A stretch of 64,000 nucleotides of DNA from positions 96,001-160,000 of the forward strand of contig JANRKO010000043.1 in assembly GCA_033763455.1 (NCBI GenBank), given 5' to 3'. Each line of letters opens with the position of its first letter. Positions within the stretch are counted from its first letter, which is position 1. Below are positions 55,661 to 64,000 of this stretch, in pieces. Source of the stretch: Polyangiaceae bacterium. GTDB taxonomy: Bacteria; Myxococcota_A; Polyangia; Polyangiales; Polyangiaceae. Position numbers and translations under genes: made by a program. The notes below the pieces were generated by a model. It saw nothing but the letters and a program-made list of their open reading frames with translations. It had not been told where the DNA came from and made no database searches.

Positions 55661-57223
55661 GTGACGCGCCACTTCGACGTAGTGGTTCTTGGGCGGAGCC
55701 TCGGCTCGTTGTCTGCGGCTGCACTCTTAGCGCGCCGTGATTTTCGCGTGCTCCTTTTGGGGCAAGGCCAACGGCCTCAAGCGTACTCGTTCGAGCAACG
55801 TGTATTTTGTAGGCGAGCATTTTCGATGTTGTTTGCCTCTTCGCCAGTGTTCAAGCGGCTACTTCAAGAGCTGGCACAGACGCAGCGCTTTCGTCAGAGA
55901 GTGCGCGATCTAGACCCGATGTTTTGCTTTCTAGGCACCGGAAGGCGAGTGCAGGTTCCGCCCGACATGCAGCTATTCGCGCGCGAGGTTGAGCGCGAAT
56001 TCCCCGAGGTGCGGCAACTGGTGGAAGAGCTGTATTCGTCATTTGCCTCGGTGAATGCCGCAGCAGACGCCGTTTTCGAACGTGACGCCGCCTGGCCGCC
56101 AGGGACCTTCTGGGAACGCTTTGAAACCAATAGGCTAGCAGCTGCGCTTCCGCTTACTTCTAAGGTCCAATCGCGAGATTTGCTCGGTAGGTTTCCGCCC
56201 GGGCACCCCTTCAGCAAGCTTGTAGGGCTGCCCGCTGTTGCCGCCTGCGATCTTGCGGTTTCGTATGAGGAGCTGCCTCCCTTTGCTTTGGCTCGTTTAC
56301 ATGGATCTTGGACGCGTGGGGTTCAAGAGCTGCCCGGTGGTGAGGAAGAGCTCGTGCGTTTTCTCGTCGACCGAATAAAAGCCCACGGCGGCGAATGTTG
56401 GCTTGAGGCGCGCGCGCGCGAGGTGGTGGTTCGCCGAGGGCGCGCCGTTGGGGTGCGGTTGGATGGCGATGAGGAGCCGACGGGAGCCGGCGCGATTGTG
56501 TGCGATTTACCTGGCGAAGGCTTGGCGGAGTTGGCAGGTGGCGCTGGCATCACCAAGGACGCTCAAAAATCTTGGCCGCGGGTTGCTGCGAGGGTTGGGC
56601 GCTTTGTGGTGAGTGTGGTCGTGAAAGAGAAGCTATTGCCGGAGCCGCTAGGGCACCACGCGTTCCTACTTCCAGATTCCAGCACAGCGGGGTCACAGCG
56701 GCGCCCTCCGGTACAATTGCAGGTGTTCGATGCCAAGATGCTCCTCCCCGCAGCGGGCGTGGAAGGCGAAAAGCTTCTGGTGGCGGAGATGTTGCTTCCT
56801 CGGAGCGGCCCGCTCACCGTGTTGGAAGCCAGGGAGGCGGTGCTCGACACGCTGCGCGAGCATTTCCCTTTCCTTAACGAACACTTGGTAATGGTGGATT
56901 CCCCGCACGATGGGCTTCCTCTCTACCTGTATGAGGGCGGGCGTAAGCGTGAGATGGATCGCGTGCACGTTCGCGGAAGCTCTCCGGAAGCCGAAGCTAT
57001 GCAGTGGCAATGGGCGGTTGAGCCTTCCGGCTACCTGGGCCTCGGCGGAGAACCGGTGCGTGGCCCAATTCCTGGAACTTACCTCGTTGGCACCACTGTG
57101 CTGCCGGGCTTGGGGCAGGAGGGGCAGCTGCTCGCGGCACAGAGCGCCGTTCGGATCATCACGCACAAGGATCGCGCTCGGCAGAAGTTGCGGCGCCAAA
57201 TGTGGACCAAGGTTGAAACCTGA
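55661..57223 (+). CDS. FAD-dependent oxidoreductase, phytoene-desaturase-like fold
   Basis: N-terminal Rossmann FDVVVLGRSLG (degenerate GxGxxG), IKAHGG, C-terminal YLVG...PGLG. Confidence 0.7.
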   Translation: MTRHFDVVVLGRSLGSLSAAALLARRDFRVLLLGQGQRPQAYSFEQRVFCRRAFSMLFASSPVFKRLLQELAQTQRFRQRVRDLDPMFCFLGTGRRVQVPPDMQLFAREVEREFPEVRQLVEELYSSFASVNAAADAVFERDAAWPPGTFWERFETNRLAAALPLTSKVQSRDLLGRFPPGHPFSKLVGLPAVAACDLAVSYEELPPFALARLHGSWTRGVQELPGGEEELVRFLVDRIKAHGGECWLEARAREVVVRRGRAVGVRLDGDEEPTGAGAIVCDLPGEGLAELAGGAGITKDAQKSWPRVAARVGRFVVSVVVKEKLLPEPLGHHAFLLPDSSTAGSQRRPPVQLQVFDAKMLLPAAGVEGEKLLVAEMLLPRSGPLTVLEAREAVLDTLREHFPFLNEHLVMVDSPHDGLPLYLYEGGRKREMDRVHVRGSSPEAEAMQWQWAVEPSGYLGLGGEPVRGPIPGTYLVGTTVLPGLGQEGQLLAAQSAVRIITHKDRARQKLRRQMWTKVET

Positions 57224-57225
57224 GC

Positions 57226-57837
57226 GTGCGGGTGATCGGCGGAAAATTTGGTGGTCGACGGTTGGTAGCGCCCAACAATACACGCACGCGCCCCACCTCC
57301 GATCGAGTGCGCCAGGCCCTGTTTGATGTGCTCACCCCCAACCTTAACGGTGCCGTGACCCTTGACCTCTACGCAGGTTCGGGCGCGCTGGGAATTGAAG
57401 CGTTATCCCGTGGAGCCGCGCGAGCTATCTTTGTTGAAGCAGATGCTCAGGCGATAGCTGCCATCCGCAGCAACGTTGTGGCCCTGGGCGTCGAAGCACT
57501 TACCACTGTCATGGCCCTTTCAGTGGAGCGCTCCGCCAAGCGGCTGAGCACGTATGGTCCCTTCGATCTCGTGCTGTGTGATCCTCCCTGGGCGATTGCA
57601 GATGACGTTGCGGCACGGGTGCTTGGGGGGCTTTTGAGGTCTGCTCCGGCAAGCTTGGTCGGGCCAACGCTCCTCGCCCCGGGGGCGCGCCTAGTCATCG
57701 AGCATTCAGCCCGCAAGCCGATAGAAGAGATAGGGGGCCTCCCGCTACAGGCAATTGATCGACGGATTTGGGGGGATACGGGGGTCACGATCTTTGCGGC
57801 CGGGGCTTATTCAGTTTTCGAGGTTGCCCGCCCTTGA
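57226..57837 (+). CDS. rsmD: 16S rRNA m2G966 methyltransferase
   Basis: RVIGG..GGRRL, TRPTSDRVR, LDLYAGSGALGIEALSRGA, DPPW. Confidence 0.95.
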   Translation: MRVIGGKFGGRRLVAPNNTRTRPTSDRVRQALFDVLTPNLNGAVTLDLYAGSGALGIEALSRGAARAIFVEADAQAIAAIRSNVVALGVEALTTVMALSVERSAKRLSTYGPFDLVLCDPPWAIADDVAARVLGGLLRSAPASLVGPTLLAPGARLVIEHSARKPIEEIGGLPLQAIDRRIWGDTGVTIFAAGAYSVFEVARP

Positions 57838-57930
57838 GCGGTCGCCAGAGGTTCCGTAAGAACGTTGGCCACGTACGATGGCCAAGGGCAACATGTCTCA
57901 CGTTTCTTCAACTATTAATGGAGTGGCCTA

Positions 57931-58521
57931 ATGGTTAGTACCAGCCCGCCTCCCGTAAAAGGGAGTGGCAGTGGCGCCTTCATGGCGGCTGCTGCAGTGA
58001 TGATTCTTCTCATTTTGGGATTGCTGTACTGGAAGCTTTCTTCCGGAAAAGCGGAAGCTCCGGCCACCGAGGCGCCCAAGACCCCGGTGCAGACTGGGCT
58101 GCCCAAGATGGCCGAACCGCCACCGCCACCTCCGCCCCCGCCGCCCGAGGAAACGCCAGATGCTGGCCCGGAGCCTGGAACGGCTAAGAAGGCTCAGCAC
58201 ACCGGACCCAGTGGGTGTTCCGGCCCGTGCGGTGGGGACAGCTCCGAGGTGCAGGTGGCACTCGCGGGCCGCGCCCGCCAGGCTCAGGGCTGTTATGAAC
58301 GCGCGCTGCGGCAAAACGCTATGCTCGAAGGGCAAGTGCGGGTTTCGGTCCGGATTGCCCCGAGCGGAGCAGTGTGCAGCGCTAACGTAGTGGCCGATCA
58401 GTTGGGTGATTCTTCGGTGAGCAGTTGCGTTGTGCAGCGTTTTAGAGCTTCGTCTTTTCCACCACCCAAGGGCGGCTGTATGGACGCGCAAGTGCCCATT
58501 AACTTCAAAGCAAAGCGATGA
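57931..58521 (+). CDS. TM-Pro-rich protein with AgmX/PglI (TonB-C-like) C-terminal domain
   Basis: CYERALRQN..LEGQV...IAPSG, SSCVV..F...FPPPKGG. Confidence 0.85.
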   Translation: MVSTSPPPVKGSGSGAFMAAAAVMILLILGLLYWKLSSGKAEAPATEAPKTPVQTGLPKMAEPPPPPPPPPPEETPDAGPEPGTAKKAQHTGPSGCSGPCGGDSSEVQVALAGRARQAQGCYERALRQNAMLEGQVRVSVRIAPSGAVCSANVVADQLGDSSVSSCVVQRFRASSFPPPKGGCMDAQVPINFKAKR

Positions 58522-58793
58522 TCTCACCGCTGATTCGACTGCGACATTTCAGAGCCCTCATCATGGGGCTCATCGGCTCCCTTGGTCTTTTGGGGGGCGG
58601 CTGTAGTGAAGACGGCATTACCCCGAGCTGCCCCGACGCGCCCCTTTACGACGTGCGGGACGGCGCCGCCCGTGAGAGTGCGCAAGTGGTTGAACAACGG
58701 ACCCAGGCGATTGCCGACGGGTGCGCGACGCCAATTGGCACCACTGCCAAGAGTTCGCCCTCTCAAAACGAAGCCGGCGCGCCGGGCAACTAA
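58518..58793 (+). CDS. Small lipoprotein
   Basis: ATGA overlap with the upstream gene; signal ending GGGC. Confidence 0.65.
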   Translation: MISPLIRLRHFRALIMGLIGSLGLLGGGCSEDGITPSCPDAPLYDVRDGAARESAQVVEQRTQAIADGCATPIGTTAKSSPSQNEAGAPGN

Positions 58794-58794
58794 G

Positions 58795-59634
58795 ATGTTA
58801 GCGGACACCCCAGCGGCAGCCGGGGAGGAGGTGCCGACCCACGATCGCTTGGGCGTTCGCCTGAAGGTCGCTTACGACGGCGCCATTTTCTCTGGCTTTG
58901 CCCGGCAACAAAATGCACGGACCATCGCCGGAGAACTCGACGGTGCCATCCGCGAAATGGACCCGAGTGCTTCGCCGGTGCGAGGGGTCAGTCGAACGGA
59001 CCGAGGTGTGCACGCTTATTCGCAGGTGGTCGCCTTCGATACAAAACTTAATATTGCCTCACGAGGTTGGGTATTGGGCCTCGCGCAGCATCTGCCTGAA
59101 CAGATCAGTGTGGTTCAAGCGGCACACGTGCCGTCGGGATACTTGCCTCACCGCGATGCGGTCAGAAAGACGTACGCTTACCGATTGCTGCAGAGCAGAG
59201 TGAAAGACCCTTTTCTGGAAGGGCGCACGTGGAGGCTCCCCAACAGGTTAAACCAGATGCTGATGACCGAAGCGCTCAGCGTCATCGTCGGTGAACATGA
59301 CTTTCGCGCATTCCGTGCAGCGGATGACTCACGGCGTGACACGATACGGCAGATTTACCGCGTCAGTGTAGAGCAGGATCCAGCTGATTTACGCTGTATT
59401 CGTGTGATCGTGGAGGGGAACCGTTTCATGTACCGGATGGTGCGAATTATTGTCGGCAGTCTTGTGGACATAGCGCGTGGACGATTGAACAAGGACGCAC
59501 TCGCGCTCGCATTGAAAAGCGGGAACCGTTCGGATTTGGGGATTACGGCTCCGCCCGATGGGCTCTATCTGATGGATGTTGAATTGGGTCTGCCCGGTGT
59601 GGACCTCTGGCCGCACGACTCATCCATTGATTGA
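58795..59634 (+). CDS. truA: tRNA pseudouridine(38-40) synthase
   Basis: AYDGAIFSG, SRTDRGVHA, GEHDFRAF, FMYRMVR, TAPPDGLYL. Confidence 0.96.
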   Translation: MLADTPAAAGEEVPTHDRLGVRLKVAYDGAIFSGFARQQNARTIAGELDGAIREMDPSASPVRGVSRTDRGVHAYSQVVAFDTKLNIASRGWVLGLAQHLPEQISVVQAAHVPSGYLPHRDAVRKTYAYRLLQSRVKDPFLEGRTWRLPNRLNQMLMTEALSVIVGEHDFRAFRAADDSRRDTIRQIYRVSVEQDPADLRCIRVIVEGNRFMYRMVRIIVGSLVDIARGRLNKDALALALKSGNRSDLGITAPPDGLYLMDVELGLPGVDLWPHDSSID

Positions 59635-59659
59635 CTCACTCACCCTCGTCGCGTAGCGT
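59631..59659 (+). promoter_or_regulatory. sigma70-type promoter for the sphingolipid operon
   Basis: TTGACT-N17-TAGCGT. Confidence 0.55.
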
Positions 59660-59749
59660 CCGCCCGCGCTCGCCGGTCCAAATGTACTTTGGGCACGGAG
59701 CATGCAAAGCCTTGCACGCCACACTTGGCTTAACGGAAGACCAACTTCA

Positions 59750-61375
59750 ATGAGTCTCAGAGACAGAATAATAGATCAGGGGAAGAAGGCTATTTTGAGG
59801 CCGTCCGTCATGCGGATTGCCTCTGACGATCGAGTCATGAAGGCAGCTCAGGGCGTGCTGGACGCCCGCATGCGTGTAAAGGCAGCGTGGAATATCCTTT
59901 TGAGCGGCCACGAGTTGCCCTCCATCGATCCGGCTCTGGATGATCGAATCGGCGAATCGGACAGCTTTGCGCCACCCCCGAGGGTGGCGAAGGCAGGCAC
60001 CAATGGAAGCACTAACGGGGCGCACAAGAACGGCGCGGCCGCTTATACGGAGGCCTCCTACTCCGAGGGGGCCAACGGCTCGGTTGCTCCGGTCTCCACG
60101 AGTCTGCCGACTTCGTCCGACATGGATGAGTCGCTCAAGGAACGCGCAGGCCTCGCGAACATCTCTGGCAAAGATGTGTTTGAGAAGTGCTTCAAGTTCA
60201 TGGCCGCGGACAACGCGCGCAAGATGGGGATCTACCCGTTCTTCCGTCCGTTAGATCTCAACGATGGGCCGGAAGCTGTGATTGATGGGCGCCGCGTCAC
60301 CATGTTTGGGTCGAACAACTACCTCGGCCTTACTACCCACCCGAAGGTGCGTCAGGCGGCCAAAGACGCCATTGATCGCTTTGGAACGAGCATGACGGGG
60401 TCTCGCCTCGTGAACGGTTCGATCAAGCTCCATGAAGAGTTCGAGACGAAGCTTGCCGCCTGGTTTGGCAAGGAATCTGCACTCGTTTTTACCACGGGTT
60501 ACCAGGTAAATATTGCGAGCCTGTGTGCGCTGCTTTCCAACAAGCGTACGGTTGCTGTGATCGATCGCAACGTTCACGCTTCCTTGTATGACGGCGTGCG
60601 GTTGGGCCAAGCCTCAGGCGCACGCATGGTCCGGTACCACCATTCGGATCCTGAATCGCTTGAGAAAATCCTGGCAAAGCTAGAATCAGACGAAGGGGCG
60701 TTGGTGGTAACCGACGGCGTGTTCAGTGCCGAGGGTGAGATTGCCAAGCTCGATCAAATCGTGCCGATCGTCAAAAAGTACAATGCTCGCCTCTTTGTGG
60801 ATGATGCACACGCACTCGGTGTGATCGGGCCCGGTGGTCGTGGAACGGCGTACCACTTTGGCTTGGCCGACCAGGTGGATCTCATCGGCGGAACCTTTTC
60901 GAAGTCGTTTGCAAGTATCGGTGGGTACCTAACGGGTGATCGCAAGGTGCTGGATTACATCCGTCATTTCGCGCCATCATTCATGTTCGCGGCAAGCGCG
61001 GCACCACCCCAGGTGGCGGCTGCCATGGCGGCTTTCGAAGTGAGTCAAGAAGAGCCGTGGCGCCTGGAAAAGCTACGTGAAAATTACACGTACATGCGCA
61101 CTGAGTTGCGGCGCTTGGGTTTTGATGTTGGCCACACGGAAACGGCCGTTATCCCCATCTATGTCCGCCAGGACCTCCGAACCATCATGATGTGGCGCGA
61201 TTTGCTTGAAGATCACGGCATTTACACCAACCCTTTCATTACGCCTGGGGTGGCGCCGAAAAATCAGATGCTTCGGACGAGCTACATGGCAACGCACGAA
61301 CGCCACCATCTGGACAAGGCCCTCGAAGCCTTTGAAAAGGTCGGTAAGCGCTATGGCGTGCTCAAGGGTGGCTGA
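59750..61375 (+). CDS. spt: Serine palmitoyltransferase (alpha-oxoamine synthase) with N-terminal extension
   Basis: GIYPFF, FGSNNYLGL, GSRLVNG, HASLYDG, DDAH, GTFSKS (PLP Lys); gene context with bCerS-like and reductase genes. Confidence 0.82.
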   Translation: MSLRDRIIDQGKKAILRPSVMRIASDDRVMKAAQGVLDARMRVKAAWNILLSGHELPSIDPALDDRIGESDSFAPPPRVAKAGTNGSTNGAHKNGAAAYTEASYSEGANGSVAPVSTSLPTSSDMDESLKERAGLANISGKDVFEKCFKFMAADNARKMGIYPFFRPLDLNDGPEAVIDGRRVTMFGSNNYLGLTTHPKVRQAAKDAIDRFGTSMTGSRLVNGSIKLHEEFETKLAAWFGKESALVFTTGYQVNIASLCALLSNKRTVAVIDRNVHASLYDGVRLGQASGARMVRYHHSDPESLEKILAKLESDEGALVVTDGVFSAEGEIAKLDQIVPIVKKYNARLFVDDAHALGVIGPGGRGTAYHFGLADQVDLIGGTFSKSFASIGGYLTGDRKVLDYIRHFAPSFMFAASAAPPQVAAAMAAFEVSQEEPWRLEKLRENYTYMRTELRRLGFDVGHTETAVIPIYVRQDLRTIMMWRDLLEDHGIYTNPFITPGVAPKNQMLRTSYMATHERHHLDKALEAFEKVGKRYGVLKGG

Positions 61376-61477
61376 CCCTAGCCGCTGCTCAATACCCCCT
61401 GGCAAACGCTGGGCAATCGGGCACTCTTCGAGTTCTGGTTGACGTCCATTGGCGCGAGCCGTACGTGTCCGCCTGTC

Positions 61478-62605
61478 ATGAGTGTTGAAATCAAAAGAAC
61501 TGGGGTTGGCGGTAAGCTCGACGACTTCTTGAGTGTTGTTGACTACATCTATCGCGATGATCCGAATTTTGTTCGGCCGCTCGATATGGATCTCTCCCAA
61601 CGCTTAGGGAAGAAGAATCCATTCTTTGAGCACGCCGACGCGGTCTTTTTCACGGCTTGCCGAAATGGGCGTCCTGTTGGCCGAGCTTCAGCGCAGATCG
61701 ATCGTTTGCATCTTGAACGTTATCAAGACAGCGTGGGGTTCTTCGGATTTTTGGATACCGTCAACGACCAAGAGGTGGCCAACGAGTTGTTGGCTGCCGC
61801 GGAGGGGTGGCTGAGGGCGCGAGGTATTAAGCGCATGCGTGGGCCGATGTCCCTCAGCATCAACGAGGAAATCGGCTGTTTGATAGATGGCTTCGACACG
61901 CCGCCTATGATCTTGATGCCTCACCACCTGCCGTACCAAGGTGGATTGATCGAAAAGGCTGGCTTTACCAAGCTAAAAGATCTGTATGCATGGCGTTACA
62001 GCGTGGGGGATGTGCCCACGCGGGCAAAAAAGGCGCATGCCGAGATTGCGGCGTTACCTGAAGTTACTTCGCGCCACGTGGATAAAGAGCACATTGAGCG
62101 CGACGTGGGGATCGTGATGGACGTGTTCAACGACGCCTGGAGCGACAACTGGGGGTTCATTCCCTATACCCGCAATGAACTCAGGAAGATGGCTGAGGAT
62201 TTTAAGTTGCTCTTGGTGCCCGAGCTCACGAATATTTGTTATGTCGATGGTGAGCCTGCAGCCGTGGCGGTGGCCTTGCCCAACCTGAACGAGATTATCG
62301 CTGATTTTCGAGGTAAGCTCTTTCCGTTCGGCTTGCCCAAGCTATTGTGGCGGTTAAAGGTGGAGCGGCCGAAGACAGCGCGGCTCGCCATCCTGGGAAT
62401 TCGGAAGAAGTATCGCAACGTGCGAAAGTACGCGGGCCTAAGCACCTATATGTACACCGAGCTCAACAACGCCGGGGCGGGTGCAGGCGTCAAGTGGGGC
62501 GAGCTTTCCTGGACGTTAGAAGACAACGGCCCTGTGAACGTCGCGATCAAACTGATGGGCGGCAAAATCTACAAAACGTACCGCATCTACGAAAAGGAAC
62601 TTTAA
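61478..62605 (+). CDS. Bacterial ceramide synthase-like (bCerS) double-GNAT acyltransferase
   Basis: IYRDDPNFVRPL, NPFFEH, GFFGF, MRGPMS, GCLIDGF, WSDNWGF, ELSWTLEDN, KTYRIYEK. Confidence 0.78.
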   Translation: MSVEIKRTGVGGKLDDFLSVVDYIYRDDPNFVRPLDMDLSQRLGKKNPFFEHADAVFFTACRNGRPVGRASAQIDRLHLERYQDSVGFFGFLDTVNDQEVANELLAAAEGWLRARGIKRMRGPMSLSINEEIGCLIDGFDTPPMILMPHHLPYQGGLIEKAGFTKLKDLYAWRYSVGDVPTRAKKAHAEIAALPEVTSRHVDKEHIERDVGIVMDVFNDAWSDNWGFIPYTRNELRKMAEDFKLLLVPELTNICYVDGEPAAVAVALPNLNEIIADFRGKLFPFGLPKLLWRLKVERPKTARLAILGIRKKYRNVRKYAGLSTYMYTELNNAGAGAGVKWGELSWTLEDNGPVNVAIKLMGGKIYKTYRIYEKEL

Positions 62606-62608
62606 AAC

Positions 62609-63595
62609 GTGACCGTTCTTGTAACCGGCGCAACCGGATTTTTGGGCTCGCACATCGCGGAGATTCTGGCAAATTCTGGCAAACAAGTGAGAGCCTTGGT
62701 TCGCCGTTCGAGCGACACGAGCTTTTTAGAGAAGCTGCCCAACGTGGAGCTGTGTTTTGGTGCTGTAGAAGATCGCGAGAGCCTGCAACGAGCGGCGGCT
62801 GGTGTGGAATATTTGATTCACTCAGCGGGGGTCGTGAAGGCGAGCAGTAAGCGTGAATTCTTTCGTATCAATGAAGGCGGCACCGAAAACGCCGTGGCGG
62901 CGGCCCTGCATGCGGGGCCCCAGTTTAAGCGATTCGTGTTGGTTTCTAGTTTGGCAGCGCTAGGCCCAAGTGATGCTCAGGGCAATGCCGTTCCGAGTGA
63001 GCGCAGCCCGATGCCCTGTACTACCTACGGCGAAAGCAAGCTCGCGGCCGAGCGCGCTGTGTTGAAATACCAGGACCGCCTCTCAAGCGTGATGGTGCGC
63101 CCACCAACCATCTACGGTCCTCGCGATCGAGAAGTGCTGATCTTCTTCAAGACCGTGAAAAACGGGGTGTTACCGCTCACGAGCCCGCTTGATGCAAAAT
63201 TCAGCATGATTTACGGGCCCGACGCTGCGGATGCGTGCGTACGAGGGATGAGTGCGGCCGTGCGGAGTGGCAGCGGCTACTTTGTAGATGACGGCAAAGT
63301 CTACTCTTTCCGCGACATGATTGAGCTCACCGAAGCTGCTGTGGGTAAGAAGGCATGGCTGCGCTTGCCCATTCCAAAGCGCGTTGTGCGCACGTTGGCT
63401 TTGGGGAGCGAGCTTTATGGCAAAGCCACCAAACAGGCTGTGATGTTCACTCGCGAGAAGTGCAATGATCTATTCTCTCAGTGGGTGTGTGATAGCACCG
63501 AAACGCGCAAAGATTTAGGCTGGGAACCAAAGGTGCCGTTTGCCGAAGGTATCATGCTAACTGCAGATTGGTATCGGAAGGCTGGCTGGCTGTAG
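62609..63595 (+). CDS. Extended SDR/NAD-dependent reductase (CerR/3-keto-reductase candidate)
   Basis: TGATGFLG, VSSLAA, YGESK, RPPTIYGPRD; 3 nt after the bCerS stop. Confidence 0.8.
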   Translation: MTVLVTGATGFLGSHIAEILANSGKQVRALVRRSSDTSFLEKLPNVELCFGAVEDRESLQRAAAGVEYLIHSAGVVKASSKREFFRINEGGTENAVAAALHAGPQFKRFVLVSSLAALGPSDAQGNAVPSERSPMPCTTYGESKLAAERAVLKYQDRLSSVMVRPPTIYGPRDREVLIFFKTVKNGVLPLTSPLDAKFSMIYGPDAADACVRGMSAAVRSGSGYFVDDGKVYSFRDMIELTEAAVGKKAWLRLPIPKRVVRTLALGSELYGKATKQAVMFTREKCNDLFSQWVCDSTETRKDLGWEPKVPFAEGIMLTADWYRKAGWL

Positions 63596-63643
63596 ACACC
63601 GCATTTCAGATGCTTGCCGGAGGTAAGCGCCAAGTGCGATCGC

Positions 63644-64000
63644 TCATTTGAAGCGACGCGAAGAGACCGGAGGGTGATCTGGATCGGGCACTTCGAGCGG
63701 AGGCTCATGCGCTTTGGCGCGCAAGAGATTGATGAGGGCAAGCACCCGCGGGCGCAAGAGAAGTGCGCGCTGAAAACGCCGTTTCCCCGGGAAATCGAGG
63801 ATAAAGAGAGCCACCAGGATAGCGAGCACTCCCTGCCCGGGCAAGACGAGCATCGCCAACCCCATGGCGAGGAGCACAAGGCCCAGCAGGTTCTTTAGCA
63901 CCCGGAGCAGCGTACGCGACCACGGGCGGTGTTCCACAATTCCAAGTTCTCTCCGTTCTCGCCGTGTGAGAAAATCTGCTGGTACTTTAGCGAAGAACCA
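63644..64000 (-). CDS. PGPGW-family membrane protein, 5'-truncated by the window edge
   Basis: KNLLGLVLLAMGLAMLVLPGQGVLAI, DFPGKR; frame open to nt 64000. Confidence 0.8.
   Translation of the reverse strand, partial: WFFAKVPADFLTRRERRELGIVEHRPWSRTLLRVLKNLLGLVLLAMGLAMLVLPGQGVLAILVALFILDFPGKRRFQRALLLRPRVLALINLLRAKAHEPPLEVPDPDHPPVSSRRFK

Noticed and set aside
55661..57223. Carotenoid (crtI) gene call
   Set aside because: Degenerate dinucleotide-binding motif and no crt neighbours; only the fold-level call is supportable.
59750..60175. Spt N-terminal extension as a fused acyl carrier protein
   Set aside because: No GxDSL phosphopantetheine motif.
59750..61375. BioF or Kbl assignment for the alpha-oxoamine synthase
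   Set aside because: No bio or tdh genes adjacent; the GTFSKS motif and bCerS/reductase context favour SPT, though this is not proven.

Overview
GC-rich bacterial chromosomal window, most likely from a myxobacterium (Myxococcota, Polyangiaceae-like). That assignment is inferred from the FrgA-like, AgmX/PglI-C, DUF4388/REC, DUF1552-DUF1592, kinase-TPR-lipoprotein and FGE-lipoprotein genes. The left edge is the end of an integrative element: a tyrosine integrase interrupted by an ISL3 element, next to tRNA-Cys. Most of the rest is housekeeping (rplM-rpsI, uvrB, rnj, RpoH-family sigma, rsmI, ffh, thiO, purMN, rsmD, truA) mixed with signalling proteins, several of which have lost their catalytic motifs. 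The main highlight is a stand-alone Hedgehog N-terminal-domain protein (19952-20584, minus strand). By hand alignment to human SHH-N recalled from memory, its C-terminal ~100 aa are about 60% identical. It keeps the Zn and most Ca ligands, has no Hint domain, and has a bacterial lipoprotein Cys in register with the palmitoylated Cys of animal Hedgehog. Other highlights are an spt-bCerS-cerR-like ceramide operon whose Spt has a long N-terminal extension, a decayed IS1380 transposase bracketed by two covarying ~84-nt hairpins, and a possible Mx8-type integrase/att arrangement. All calls come from motif recognition by eye; no database searches were run.
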